Shown here: positions 27,842 through 36,423 of the stretch, piece by piece
Layout: each line of letters opens with the position of its first letter
Position numbering within the stretch: position 1 is the stretch's first letter
Source: Candidatus Peribacteria bacterium
Lineage (GTDB): Bacteria; Patescibacteriota; Gracilibacteria; UBA1369; UBA12463
NCBI GenBank assembly: GCA_943354965.1
Contig: CALRDN010000004.1
Location: forward strand, 13,121 to 77,120
DNA: 64,000 bases
Direction of reading: 5' to 3'
Notes under the pieces: model-generated
Told to the model about the DNA's origin: nothing
Databases searched by the model: none
What the model saw: only the letters and a program-made list of their open reading frames with translations
Position numbers and translations under genes: made by a program

Positions 27842-29113
27842 ATGAGTACTTTTCTCTTCATTCTAGGTAGGAAACCACTGATATCATTGGCGGAAATCAT
27901 TTCAATATGGGGTGAAAAATGTATAAAGGGTTTCGAGGATGAGTTGGCATTGGTGGAGTTGGATGAGGAGGATCCCCGCGTTCGTAACATTGAATCGACG
28001 CTACTACGCATGGGCGGAACGATGAAGATTGCGAAGGTATTCCAGGAATTCGACCGTGAGCCAGCCCTAGAAACACTCATCGAGAAGTCCTATGCAGGCG
28101 TACACTCCAGGATCATGGCGCTCAAAAAAGTTATCTTTGCCGCGAACACCTACAATCTACCAGAACGTTCTAACAAACTCGTGATAGATTTCTTAAAAAT
28201 ATATAAAAAATACCTGACAGAGCTAGGATACATGAGCCGATATCTCAACAAATCCAACGCCAACGTCGAGAGTGCCGTCGCCCTCACGGAAAATATTATT
28301 CGCAAAGGAGTAGAGTTCAATTTTGCGATGGTAGAGGGGAAATTCTACGGTACCTATAGCGTAGCCGCCCAAGACTTCCGACTCTATGCCGAACGCGACT
28401 ACAACAAGCCCTACCGTGACAACCAGGCGGGAATGCTTCCTCCAAAACTCGCTCAAATCATGATCAGCCTCGGCGAAGGAATGTGCAAAGACGTCGCGAC
28501 AAGCCTCCTCTACGACCCATTCTGCGGCAGTGGCACCATTCTTATGGAGTCTCTTCTTTGCCGTATCAACTGCATCGGATCCGACATTCGTCAGGAAACC
28601 GTTATCGGCGCCCAAGAAAACTGCGAATGGATCCAGAAAAATTTCGAACATACTCAACATTATACCTTCAAAACATTCCACCAGGACGTAACGAGCATGA
28701 ACCCTGAAGAAATTCTCAAACAGTACAACCCATCCATGGTCGTCTCCGAGAGCTTCCTCGGCCCCTACTTCAAGAAAAAGCCAACCGTAGCCGAAACCAG
28801 ACAGGTCCAACAAAACCTCGGCGACCTCTATAAAAAAGCCATTCAGAAGTTCGCCCAGCTCCACGTACCCATCGTATTCGCGATCGCCACACACCGAAAC
28901 GGTGCAACCGATTACGTCTTCAACGAACAAATTATCGAAGGTATCAAATCCTCCGGCCTCAAGTTCACTCCCCTCCTCCCCAACTGGATCCTCAAACGCT
29001 TCACTCCCGAACAAGCCCTCACAAAAGGCTACTGCCTCGACCGCCACACCCTCATCTACGACCGCGAAGACGCCATGGTCGGCAGAGAGATTTTCGTGTT
29101 AATGCCGCAGTAG
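27842..29113 (+). CDS. Trm11/UPF0020-like class I SAM-dependent (RNA) methyltransferase
   Basis: N-terminal FLFILGRKPLISLAEI (Trm11-like) and motif I LYDPFCGSGTILMES. The position where DPPY/NPPY is expected reads VVSESFLGPY. Confidence 0.75.
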   Translation: MSTFLFILGRKPLISLAEIISIWGEKCIKGFEDELALVELDEEDPRVRNIESTLLRMGGTMKIAKVFQEFDREPALETLIEKSYAGVHSRIMALKKVIFAANTYNLPERSNKLVIDFLKIYKKYLTELGYMSRYLNKSNANVESAVALTENIIRKGVEFNFAMVEGKFYGTYSVAAQDFRLYAERDYNKPYRDNQAGMLPPKLAQIMISLGEGMCKDVATSLLYDPFCGSGTILMESLLCRINCIGSDIRQETVIGAQENCEWIQKNFEHTQHYTFKTFHQDVTSMNPEEILKQYNPSMVVSESFLGPYFKKKPTVAETRQVQQNLGDLYKKAIQKFAQLHVPIVFAIATHRNGATDYVFNEQIIEGIKSSGLKFTPLLPNWILKRFTPEQALTKGYCLDRHTLIYDREDAMVGREIFVLMPQ

Positions 29114-29117
29114 AAAA

Positions 29118-30041
29118 TTACACTTCTACCGCTGGCTGAGCATGGGCCATTTTCAAATAGTTCATCATTAATTTCCAAGGACGACTGCAATAATCCGCAT
29201 AGGTAACAGGATCTAAATCTACTTGATCTCCCTCAAAACGATTTAAAAGGGTGACGCACATACAAGCCGCAGGAATACCAAGCCGATTACAAAATGAAGC
29301 AAACCCCGCAGCCTCCATTTCAAAATTACGGACACCTTTATCATGCATTCGAGCTAAATAAGCCTGCTGCTCATCTTTCGTAAAATCACAATATGCCCCA
29401 TCCATTCGCGCCTGTTCATAATGAAAATCGTTATTGGATGATGTATTTCCCAATACCACCGAAATATCATCACGAACATCGAGAATTTTGCCAACAAGTT
29501 CCGGATCGAAATTCGTAGGAGCTACATTCACTAATTCACCCAAACGATGAAGCTTGTATTGAGCCTCTCCCGAAGGATCCACGCCATTTTCAGAAAGTAC
29601 AATCGTTCCCGGCTCAACTCCAATACCACCAGAAGTTCCCAATCGGAAATACTCAACATTTTTCACGCCTGCATGCGCCAAAAGCTTCGTGACCTCATGA
29701 AGCAAAATCGAGTGAGACGGCTGCCCCATTCCATGGGAAACAGAAATAACATCGCCAACTTTATAAAGGAAAAAACGATCCGTAGACCCAAGTGGCTTCA
29801 ATTCATCCTCGCTCATATCAGCACCCATACTTTCACCCGCAGCATTCGCAAAATCCTTTGCCATTGTGTCATTGAGCGTATGCGCAAAATCCCCTGCTCG
29901 ATGATTTGCACCATGCATAACAACATATCGAACATCGCCAAACATTTCCTTCAAATTATCTTTACTATTAAATCCCAAATGATAGAGCATATCCGTATTG
30001 AGATCGGCAAGATGGGGATTCGTTTCAGCAAGATTATTCAT
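29118..30041 (-). CDS. udp: uridine phosphorylase (PNP_UDP_1 family, eukaryote-like long form)
   Basis: 307 aa. VSHGMGQPSHSILLHE, FRLGTSGGIG, EMEAAGFA. Confidence 0.8.
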   Translation of the reverse strand: MNNLAETNPHLADLNTDMLYHLGFNSKDNLKEMFGDVRYVVMHGANHRAGDFAHTLNDTMAKDFANAAGESMGADMSEDELKPLGSTDRFFLYKVGDVISVSHGMGQPSHSILLHEVTKLLAHAGVKNVEYFRLGTSGGIGVEPGTIVLSENGVDPSGEAQYKLHRLGELVNVAPTNFDPELVGKILDVRDDISVVLGNTSSNNDFHYEQARMDGAYCDFTKDEQQAYLARMHDKGVRNFEMEAAGFASFCNRLGIPAACMCVTLLNRFEGDQVDLDPVTYADYCSRPWKLMMNYLKMAHAQPAVEV

Positions 30042-30067
30042 AAAGTTTAAAATAATGTTAGGAAGTT

Positions 30068-30096
30068 AATTTAATAGCATCCTCAAAACATGTCAA
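30068..30096 (-). promoter_or_regulatory. promoter-like TTGACA-17-TAAATT upstream of udp
   Basis: Minus strand: -35 is the reverse complement of 30091..30096, -10 is the reverse complement of 30068..30073, and the spacer is 17 nt. Confidence 0.4.
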
Positions 30097-30230
30097 CATA
30101 TCCAAAGCTGTGCGTGCGCACAAAGCTGAAGGACATTGACATATAAAATATATAATTTTTGAATTCTTCACGTGAAGACACATGGAGACACTCAATCAGA
30201 TATATCCTCGCTCGAAGCTGTAAATACACA

Positions 30231-30259
30231 TTGAATTTCACCCTCAGGTTCGCTATAGT
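30231..30259 (+). promoter_or_regulatory. promoter TTGAAT-17-TATAGT for tRNA-Asn
   Basis: -35 at 30231..30236, 17-nt spacer, -10 at 30254..30259. The mature tRNA 5' end is 29 nt downstream. Confidence 0.5.
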
Positions 30260-30287
30260 TGGCGGGCTAGTAATTTTGTCTCCGCGG

Positions 30288-30362
30288 TCCCTGATAGCTC
30301 AGCGGTAGAGCAACCGGCTGTTAACCGGTAGGTCGTTGGTTCGAATCCAACTCGGGGAGCCA
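30288..30362 (+). tRNA. tRNA-Asn (anticodon GUU), CCA encoded
   Basis: Folded by hand: acceptor UCCCUGA/UCGGGGA, D arm GCUC-AGCGGUA-GAGC, anticodon arm ACCGG-CUGUUAA-CCGGU, T arm GUUGG-UUCGAAU-CCAAC. 75 nt. Confidence 0.95.
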
Positions 30363-30392
30363 GTTTAAAATCAACATGGATATATATCCTTG

Positions 30393-30824
30393 ATGCACTT
30401 CATAATGGACAAAGCACAGTCAGAAAAAATACTGGTAGAACTCGCCACCTTCAGCCAAACACTCCTGGCTCTCCATAAAGAGCTATTAGGATTTGAGCGA
30501 AAGCAGTATGAATCCATTAACGGAAGCGTGGGATCAAGCGGCAACTTCCTCGGGATCCTCATGAACCATCCATCATTCAATTGGCTCCGGAAACTCTCTG
30601 GTCTGATTGTCATGATCGATGAAATAATTGATCCTTCAGAAAAAAACAAGATCGAACAATCTCCCCGAGAAATACTTCTCGATATAGAAAAACTACTTCA
30701 GCCGGACGAACAAGGGCAAGAGTTTGCTCAAAAATATCATACCGCCATCCACAACGAGCCAACAATAGCCATAGCACACGGGCAGGCGATGAATGAGCTG
30801 AAGAAAATTATCGCCATGGCGTAG
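30393..30824 (+). CDS. hypothetical helical protein
   Basis: 143-aa ORF (ATG 30393; alternative ATG 30405). No recognisable domain. Confidence 0.55.
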   Translation: MHFIMDKAQSEKILVELATFSQTLLALHKELLGFERKQYESINGSVGSSGNFLGILMNHPSFNWLRKLSGLIVMIDEIIDPSEKNKIEQSPREILLDIEKLLQPDEQGQEFAQKYHTAIHNEPTIAIAHGQAMNELKKIIAMA

Positions 30825-30929
30825 TCCATTATAGCACAAATAAGGCAAAAGAGGAAGGTAGTCCGGACTCCTTGTCTAGAGAGGGTTTTCCCCTGTATGG
30901 TATAGACAATATATACTCACCTTTCCTCT

Positions 30930-31397
30930 ATGTCAGAACAGATCCAAAATGGCGGAGATGAAGCAGAAATAGAAGCACCTGCCGCCCAGATTCAGCCAAA
31001 TGCAGCTGATGCAGGTGCCCTCGAAAAAGGCCCTGAGCACGTACCAAATCTCGAAGAAGTGAACGCGGTGATGGGAGCTTTGATCAAAATTGGGCAGAAG
31101 GATAAACTAGTGAAAGAGAATGGAGAGATAAAAGTGACAAAACAAACCATGGATGACAAAGGCCTCTATGAGCTTGAAATTGAAATAGAAGGAGTAGAAG
31201 AAGGCGAAAAAGTTGGATATGCATACCGAAGATTCGCGATACCCGATCGTACCGGAATGAAAGTTATACCACCGGGACTTCCTGAGATCCATGTCGCCTA
31301 CTATACCGACGGAGACTGTATGGGTGGTGATACGGCAGCACGCCGTATTAACGGCGAGTGGAAGCCTCTTCTTCACGCGGCCTGGCTGACTATTTAA
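30930..31397 (+). CDS. hypothetical acidic protein
   Basis: 155-aa ORF with no recognisable domain. Confidence 0.6.
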   Translation: MSEQIQNGGDEAEIEAPAAQIQPNAADAGALEKGPEHVPNLEEVNAVMGALIKIGQKDKLVKENGEIKVTKQTMDDKGLYELEIEIEGVEEGEKVGYAYRRFAIPDRTGMKVIPPGLPEIHVAYYTDGDCMGGDTAARRINGEWKPLLHAAWLTI

Positions 31398-31582
31398 ATA
31401 ATTATTTCAATATATGCTTTTCTGCGCCTGCTAGTTTTATAACGGGAGCGACACCTACACGCGAATAGCGGGAAGATATGTCAAGGGAACATGGAAGGTT
31501 CTATAAGCAAATCTATCCGCTTTACAGAAAAACAAGCTCACGATACGATGCACCCTCATCGTACTTATTATTATAAAATCTC
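31398..31582 (+). promoter_or_regulatory. structured 5' leader with a terminator-like hairpin immediately upstream of hom-lysC
   Basis: A 10-bp helix GCGGGAAGAT...ATCTATCCGC (one mismatch) encloses smaller hairpins. TACGATG-caccct-CATCGTA (31544..31563) is followed by CTTATTATTAT, and the GTG start is at 31583. Confidence 0.3.
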
Positions 31583-32719
31583 GTGCGACAAAACGTTTTT
31601 ATTCTGGGTGCCACGGGAAATGTAGGACGCGAAATCATACAGCAGATAGCGCAACAGGATGTCCCGGAATGGCAGCGTCACAAAAATCCAACAGTAGTAG
31701 TTGGCCTAGCCGACAGTCAAAACTTTGCCATAAACACGGGTGGATTTTCCCGGGAATTTCTTCAGCATTTCGCCTCGACGAGACAGCGCGTGGGAGATGT
31801 TATGGGAGCGGAAAAACACGGACCCGAAGGTAACAGCAACATGCTTCAAACAATGGAAGGCAAAGGATACGGAGAAGATATGGTATATATCGACGTGACG
31901 GGAGAAAAAGAAACAGCGCGCGATCTGCACCTGAATATCATCAAAAATACGAAATCACAAATTGCGACAGCCAACAAAAATCCGGTTGGATTGTATGATT
32001 ATAATACCTACCAAGAACTCACCAAAGATCCGACCAGGTATCAGTACAGCGCTACGGCAATGGCGGGACTTGGAGCGGTTCCATGGTTAAGCGAAAGACA
32101 TACTATCGGTGATCGAATACATCGAATCGACGCCTCGCTCTCCGGAACGCTTGGATTCATCACGGACGAAATGTCGAAAGGGATGAAACTCTCAAATGCC
32201 ATCATGGAAGCCAAAAAAAGAGGCTACACAGAACCGGATTTTCGTGACGATTTAAACGGAATCGACGTCGCGAGAAAATTGACAATTCTTGCCAGGGAAG
32301 CAGGCTTTCCTATTGGATTTAACGATATAGCCATTACATCATTTTTACCTCAAGAATATTTCATGATTACCGATCCGCAGGATTGTCTCGAACGGATCGG
32401 TAAAAACCTGGATGAACCTTATGCCGATAACGCAAAATCAACGCTCAAATCCCATGCGCAAACCTACCGATATCTCGCCTCGCTCAGATGGTCCGGCGGG
32501 AATAGTAAACCTGAGCTACGCGTCGGAACAGAAGCGGTTTCGCTCGAAAGTCCATTTGCTCGATTGCATGGCACAGATAACTTCATCCAAGTCGTAACGG
32601 ATATGTACACCGAAGCGAAACCATATCGACTGCAAGGTCCGGGCGCGGGACTTGATATTACCGCCTCCGTACTTCGTAGGGACCTACTTCGTCTCCAGAG
32701 CAGCGTAGCAAGATTTTAA
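31583..32719 (+). CDS. hom: homoserine dehydrogenase
   Basis: 378 aa. NAD-binding ILGATGNVGREI and a C-terminal catalytic region ending LQGPGAGLDITASVLRRDL. GTG start. Confidence 0.85.
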   Translation: MRQNVFILGATGNVGREIIQQIAQQDVPEWQRHKNPTVVVGLADSQNFAINTGGFSREFLQHFASTRQRVGDVMGAEKHGPEGNSNMLQTMEGKGYGEDMVYIDVTGEKETARDLHLNIIKNTKSQIATANKNPVGLYDYNTYQELTKDPTRYQYSATAMAGLGAVPWLSERHTIGDRIHRIDASLSGTLGFITDEMSKGMKLSNAIMEAKKRGYTEPDFRDDLNGIDVARKLTILAREAGFPIGFNDIAITSFLPQEYFMITDPQDCLERIGKNLDEPYADNAKSTLKSHAQTYRYLASLRWSGGNSKPELRVGTEAVSLESPFARLHGTDNFIQVVTDMYTEAKPYRLQGPGAGLDITASVLRRDLLRLQSSVARF

Positions 32720-32732
32720 CGTATAGACGCGC

Positions 32733-34307
32733 ATGAATACTACGGTTAACAAAATCGGCGGGAAGAATATGCTACAATTAGATGTTGTTCTCAACGCCAT
32801 AAATATTTTCGAGGAACGTGGAGAAAAAATCGTCTTGGTTGTATCGGCATTTGAGAAAGTCACAAACAAATTGTACAAAGCAATGGATGATCTTAATGAA
32901 AAAGATTATTCCGAAGACGACATAAATAAAGCCTTTGAAACCGTAAAAACAGCACATGATGCAGTCATAGAGAAATCTTTCGAAGGTGAATACAAAACAG
33001 AAGCCTATACCGCATATGAATCAATGTTTGCCGTTCTCAGGCAGGCACTTGTAAGTCACAAACAGATTTCAAAAGTGCTCATGCCCGTTGTAAATTCATA
33101 TGAAATTCGAGATCAGGTCATTGGCTTCGGAGAGGATATGTCGAGAACGTTATTAGGCGTCTACTTGCGACAAAATGGAAAACATGTACAAACCTACGGA
33201 GATGTAAAATGTAAAAAAACAACAGAAAAGGGCGGAAAAGTTTCAAACAGAAAAATAGAGAAAGGTATTCATGCGGCCATCAGAAAATCATTAGAAAGAG
33301 GAAAAGAAACTGACACAAAAGATGATAAAACTATTCGCATTTTTGGAGGTCATGTAGGCGGAACACCAAGAGGTATCTCCATCGACCAAGGACGTGGATA
33401 CAGTGATGTCACGGGCGTAGATGTAGCCATCGTATTGCGAGAAGAAGGAGAAAATATCAAAGCAACAAGATTCTTGAAAGATGTACGTGGCGTATACACT
33501 GCCAATCCCAAAAAACTCGATGGCAAAAAGAGTGCAGCTGTTTTACATGAAGACATATCGGTAAAAATAGCACTCGAGATTGCAGGTGCAGGGAGTAAAT
33601 TAATCAATCCCCGCGCACTTTCACGGGCACTCAAACATAAAATTCCCCTTGAAATACGTGATATTAATAATCTAAGAGACGATAAGGGAACAAGCATTTC
33701 TGGCAAAAATTTATTAACCCGTCATGCTTTCAAAACCATCGTAACAAATATGAATGTAGATGCTATTACCATTGATATTCCGGAAATGGCAGATGAGGCA
33801 GGTTTTATTGCAGCTATTTCCGCCATATTCGCAAAGCATGGCATAAGTATCGATGGTGTTTTCCCGGAAGGCACGAGCATCACATTCAGCATTCCCCTTC
33901 CAGAAGACGAATCTGATCGAAATGTAGAGCGCGAAAAACTGCAAGCCGTCATAAAAGATCTCAAAACCATCGAAGTAAATGACGAACAATATAATGTTGA
34001 TGATGACGATATTGAACTAGACCAAAGCCGTGCCTCCATATCGGTAGTCGGCAAGGAAATGCATGATCGAGTCGGAATACTTGCAAACATTTCCGGTGTT
34101 TTTTCTGCATTTGGTATTAATATCACCGCCGTCGTACACGGACGAAAACAAAATCGCATTCACTTCCTGATCGACAAACAAGACTGTCAACGCGCTGAAC
34201 AACTTCTTCATAGTATATTCGTTGATGGTGACTCTGAAGTGATACGAGAATTTATCGAGAGAAGAAGTGAGCAAACTAAAGCTCTTACCGCCACATTCAG
34301 GTCGTAA
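32733..34307 (+). CDS. lysC: aspartate kinase with C-terminal ACT domains
   Basis: 524 aa. NKIGGKNM ... VVSAFEKVTNKL amino-acid-kinase N-terminus and two ACT-like repeats at the C-terminus. Confidence 0.85.
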   Translation: MNTTVNKIGGKNMLQLDVVLNAINIFEERGEKIVLVVSAFEKVTNKLYKAMDDLNEKDYSEDDINKAFETVKTAHDAVIEKSFEGEYKTEAYTAYESMFAVLRQALVSHKQISKVLMPVVNSYEIRDQVIGFGEDMSRTLLGVYLRQNGKHVQTYGDVKCKKTTEKGGKVSNRKIEKGIHAAIRKSLERGKETDTKDDKTIRIFGGHVGGTPRGISIDQGRGYSDVTGVDVAIVLREEGENIKATRFLKDVRGVYTANPKKLDGKKSAAVLHEDISVKIALEIAGAGSKLINPRALSRALKHKIPLEIRDINNLRDDKGTSISGKNLLTRHAFKTIVTNMNVDAITIDIPEMADEAGFIAAISAIFAKHGISIDGVFPEGTSITFSIPLPEDESDRNVEREKLQAVIKDLKTIEVNDEQYNVDDDDIELDQSRASISVVGKEMHDRVGILANISGVFSAFGINITAVVHGRKQNRIHFLIDKQDCQRAEQLLHSIFVDGDSEVIREFIERRSEQTKALTATFRS

Positions 34308-34958
34308 TCAAAGCACCTTCTTCGCAAAATGCACTGTCAGATATAACTTCCCTTTCTTCTCGTCGACAACAATGCCGAGACCAATTTTGGTATACACAGA
34401 GCTAATAATACTATTGTAGTGAGGGCGATAACTCTTCCCCTTCTCGGCCATATACGCATCAAACGTATAGCGAATCGTATCGATCATCTCACTGGTGCAA
34501 TCTTTTTTCGTACAACGATACGGTCCCCAGCCGATATTTTCCGTGAAGAGCGTTCCTGAACCGGTGAAGACAACACCCTGAGACGCAAACCATTTCTTTA
34601 TAAGAGTATAATCATAATACGCCGTCTGACCGTCGCGTTTATGATTGAGATATCCTCTCTCTTTCGCCGTTGTCGACCATGCAGTGGCAGTACGACTAAG
34701 GGTTGAATTATAAACATAAGGCGAAAGTTTCGCCTTCAGGCGCACGGCATTGTACCAACCAAGCCAGGTAGACTGGACTTTCTTTGCATCTACATTTACA
34801 GGAAGAGAAGAAACACTGAGAGAAGAAGCACCAGCGGAAATCACTGCACCATACGCTAAAGGAGTAAGCGCAATAGACAAACTCACAACAAATAAACCGA
34901 TAATAGTAAGCATGAAAAACCGAAAACACCGATGTTGACATCTGGAGAAATAACTCAT
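34308..34958 (-). CDS. secreted CAP/SCP/PR-1 domain protein
   Basis: 216 aa. Signal or anchor segment, then WLGWYNAVR ... ATAWSTTAKERGYLNHKR ... ENIGWG, typical of CAP domains. Confidence 0.8.
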   Translation of the reverse strand: MSYFSRCQHRCFRFFMLTIIGLFVVSLSIALTPLAYGAVISAGASSLSVSSLPVNVDAKKVQSTWLGWYNAVRLKAKLSPYVYNSTLSRTATAWSTTAKERGYLNHKRDGQTAYYDYTLIKKWFASQGVVFTGSGTLFTENIGWGPYRCTKKDCTSEMIDTIRYTFDAYMAEKGKSYRPHYNSIISSVYTKIGLGIVVDEKKGKLYLTVHFAKKVL

Positions 34959-34995
34959 TAGTTACAGTATAAACATAGTTAGGTATAATAGCGCC

Positions 34996-35499
34996 ATGAT
35001 TATCGGACTTATCGTACTCCTCATTATTAATATCATCGTTCTGGTGGGGTTTATTTTGATGTTTTGGGGAGCTCCATACGTACCATCGAGAAGTGCCAGT
35101 GTAGAAAATATGATGAAACTGGGAGGCATTGGTCCGGGGCAAAAGGTCGCTGACCTAGGTTCTGGAGACGGGAGGGTAGTAATAGAGATGGCGCGGCGCG
35201 GCGCGCAGGCCCATGGGTATGACAACGATCCCCTTCTGGTATTTCTCGCCCGACGCAACATTCGCCGCGCCGGCCTAACAGGCAAAGCCTTCATCCACTG
35301 GAAAAATCTCTGGAAAACCGATCTATCCAGCTTTGACGCCATTACCGTGTATGGCATTCCTTATATGATGAAACCCCTCAAAGAAAAAATCCAAAAAGAA
35401 ATGAAACCTGGTTCAAAAGTCATCTCGAACGCCTTTCCCTTTCCAAATTGGCAGCCAGATGCTAAACATGAGGGCGTATTTCTCTATCAAATTGTATAA
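34996..35499 (+). CDS. membrane-anchored class I SAM-dependent methyltransferase
   Basis: 167 aa. N-terminal TM helix and motif I VADLGSGDGRVVIEMA. Confidence 0.8.
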   Translation: MIIGLIVLLIINIIVLVGFILMFWGAPYVPSRSASVENMMKLGGIGPGQKVADLGSGDGRVVIEMARRGAQAHGYDNDPLLVFLARRNIRRAGLTGKAFIHWKNLWKTDLSSFDAITVYGIPYMMKPLKEKIQKEMKPGSKVISNAFPFPNWQPDAKHEGVFLYQIV

Positions 35500-35538
35500 A
35501 ACTTGTAACATCTTAAGAGATAGAGCGTATACACGTAC

Positions 35539-36390
35539 ATGAAAGTCAAAATATTCTCCTTCGGCCTTATCGCAACATTCTATGCTCTTTGCATCATTTT
35601 GATTCAGGGAACCTTCGCTATATCACAGGCAAAAGCCCCATGGATCGAACAGGTAATGCCAAGTTTTGCATCTGAACCGGTAGACTCCGTACAAGTTCCA
35701 ATCCTCACCTATCATTACATCCGCACCGTCACAAATCCGAAAGACGTACTCGGAGCCAGACTTTCCGTCACTCCGACGGTATTCGAAGAACAACTAAAAA
35801 TATTACGCGACGAAGGCTACCAATCCATCACACTCGATGACCTCAGTGCATCATGGGAAGGAAAATATACCATGCCAAAAAAACCAGTCATCCTCACGTT
35901 TGATGATGGATATGATGACTTCTATACCAACGCCTATCCCCTTTTACAAAAATACCAAGTAAAAGCCACGGCCTATATTGTTCCAAACTTTCTCAACAAA
36001 GCGCATTACATGACATCGGCACAGATAATAGAACTTTCGAAGAGTCCTCTTGTAACGATCGGTGCACATACGATGAATCACGTCGACCTGCGAACAACCA
36101 ACAAAAGAACAAGTATGCAGGAAATTCTTGGAAGCAAAATGGTTCTGGAACGTCTCACTGGAAAAACCGTACATCACTTCGCCTATCCATTCGGAAAATA
36201 CACAAAAAACATCGTAAAAGCCGTGAAAAATGCAGGGTTCACCACAGCAACAACCATGGAGCGCGGAAATGACCACAAGACAATACACAATTTCACAGTA
36301 ACGAGAGAAGAAATTATCGGGGGGGCAGTTCAGCAGAATAGTCCCTTGGGGGATAGCTTGGAGAAATTCAAAAAAAGTATACTATTATAG
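35539..36390 (+). CDS. polysaccharide deacetylase (NodB homology domain), secreted or anchored
   Basis: 283 aa. LTFDDGYDDFY, GAHTMNHVDL, FAYPFG. Confidence 0.9.
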   Translation: MKVKIFSFGLIATFYALCIILIQGTFAISQAKAPWIEQVMPSFASEPVDSVQVPILTYHYIRTVTNPKDVLGARLSVTPTVFEEQLKILRDEGYQSITLDDLSASWEGKYTMPKKPVILTFDDGYDDFYTNAYPLLQKYQVKATAYIVPNFLNKAHYMTSAQIIELSKSPLVTIGAHTMNHVDLRTTNKRTSMQEILGSKMVLERLTGKTVHHFAYPFGKYTKNIVKAVKNAGFTTATTMERGNDHKTIHNFTVTREEIIGGAVQQNSPLGDSLEKFKKSILL

Positions 36391-36423
36391 TAAATCCTTC
36401 TTCTTAATTTTTTTCATACTATT

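Noticed and set aside
27676-28080. 134-aa minus-strand ORF and its internal 55-aa version (MSATVGQIYG...), whose ATG overlaps the methyltransferase ATG in a CATG
   Set aside because: Most of it is antisense to the methyltransferase gene. The short version has one hydrophobic segment but no ribosome-binding site or recognisable feature. The evidence is insufficient.
28223-29047. 274-aa minus-strand ORF, plus similar long antisense or alternate-frame ORFs (3612..3965, 3665..3922, 17710..18318, 23334..24116, 33722..34159, 49503..50063, 58277..58846, 5165..5858 set)
   Set aside because: All lie wholly inside, and antisense or out of frame to, genes with clear family motifs. Their translations are low-complexity or repetitive and lack any motif. 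They are shadow ORFs.
31398-31582. Lysine (L-box) riboswitch call for the hom-lysC leader
   Set aside because: Only two short L-box-like strings are present. I could not build the P1-P5 architecture or find the GAGGCGC/AGUA 5' core. It is kept as an unclassified structured leader in the findings.
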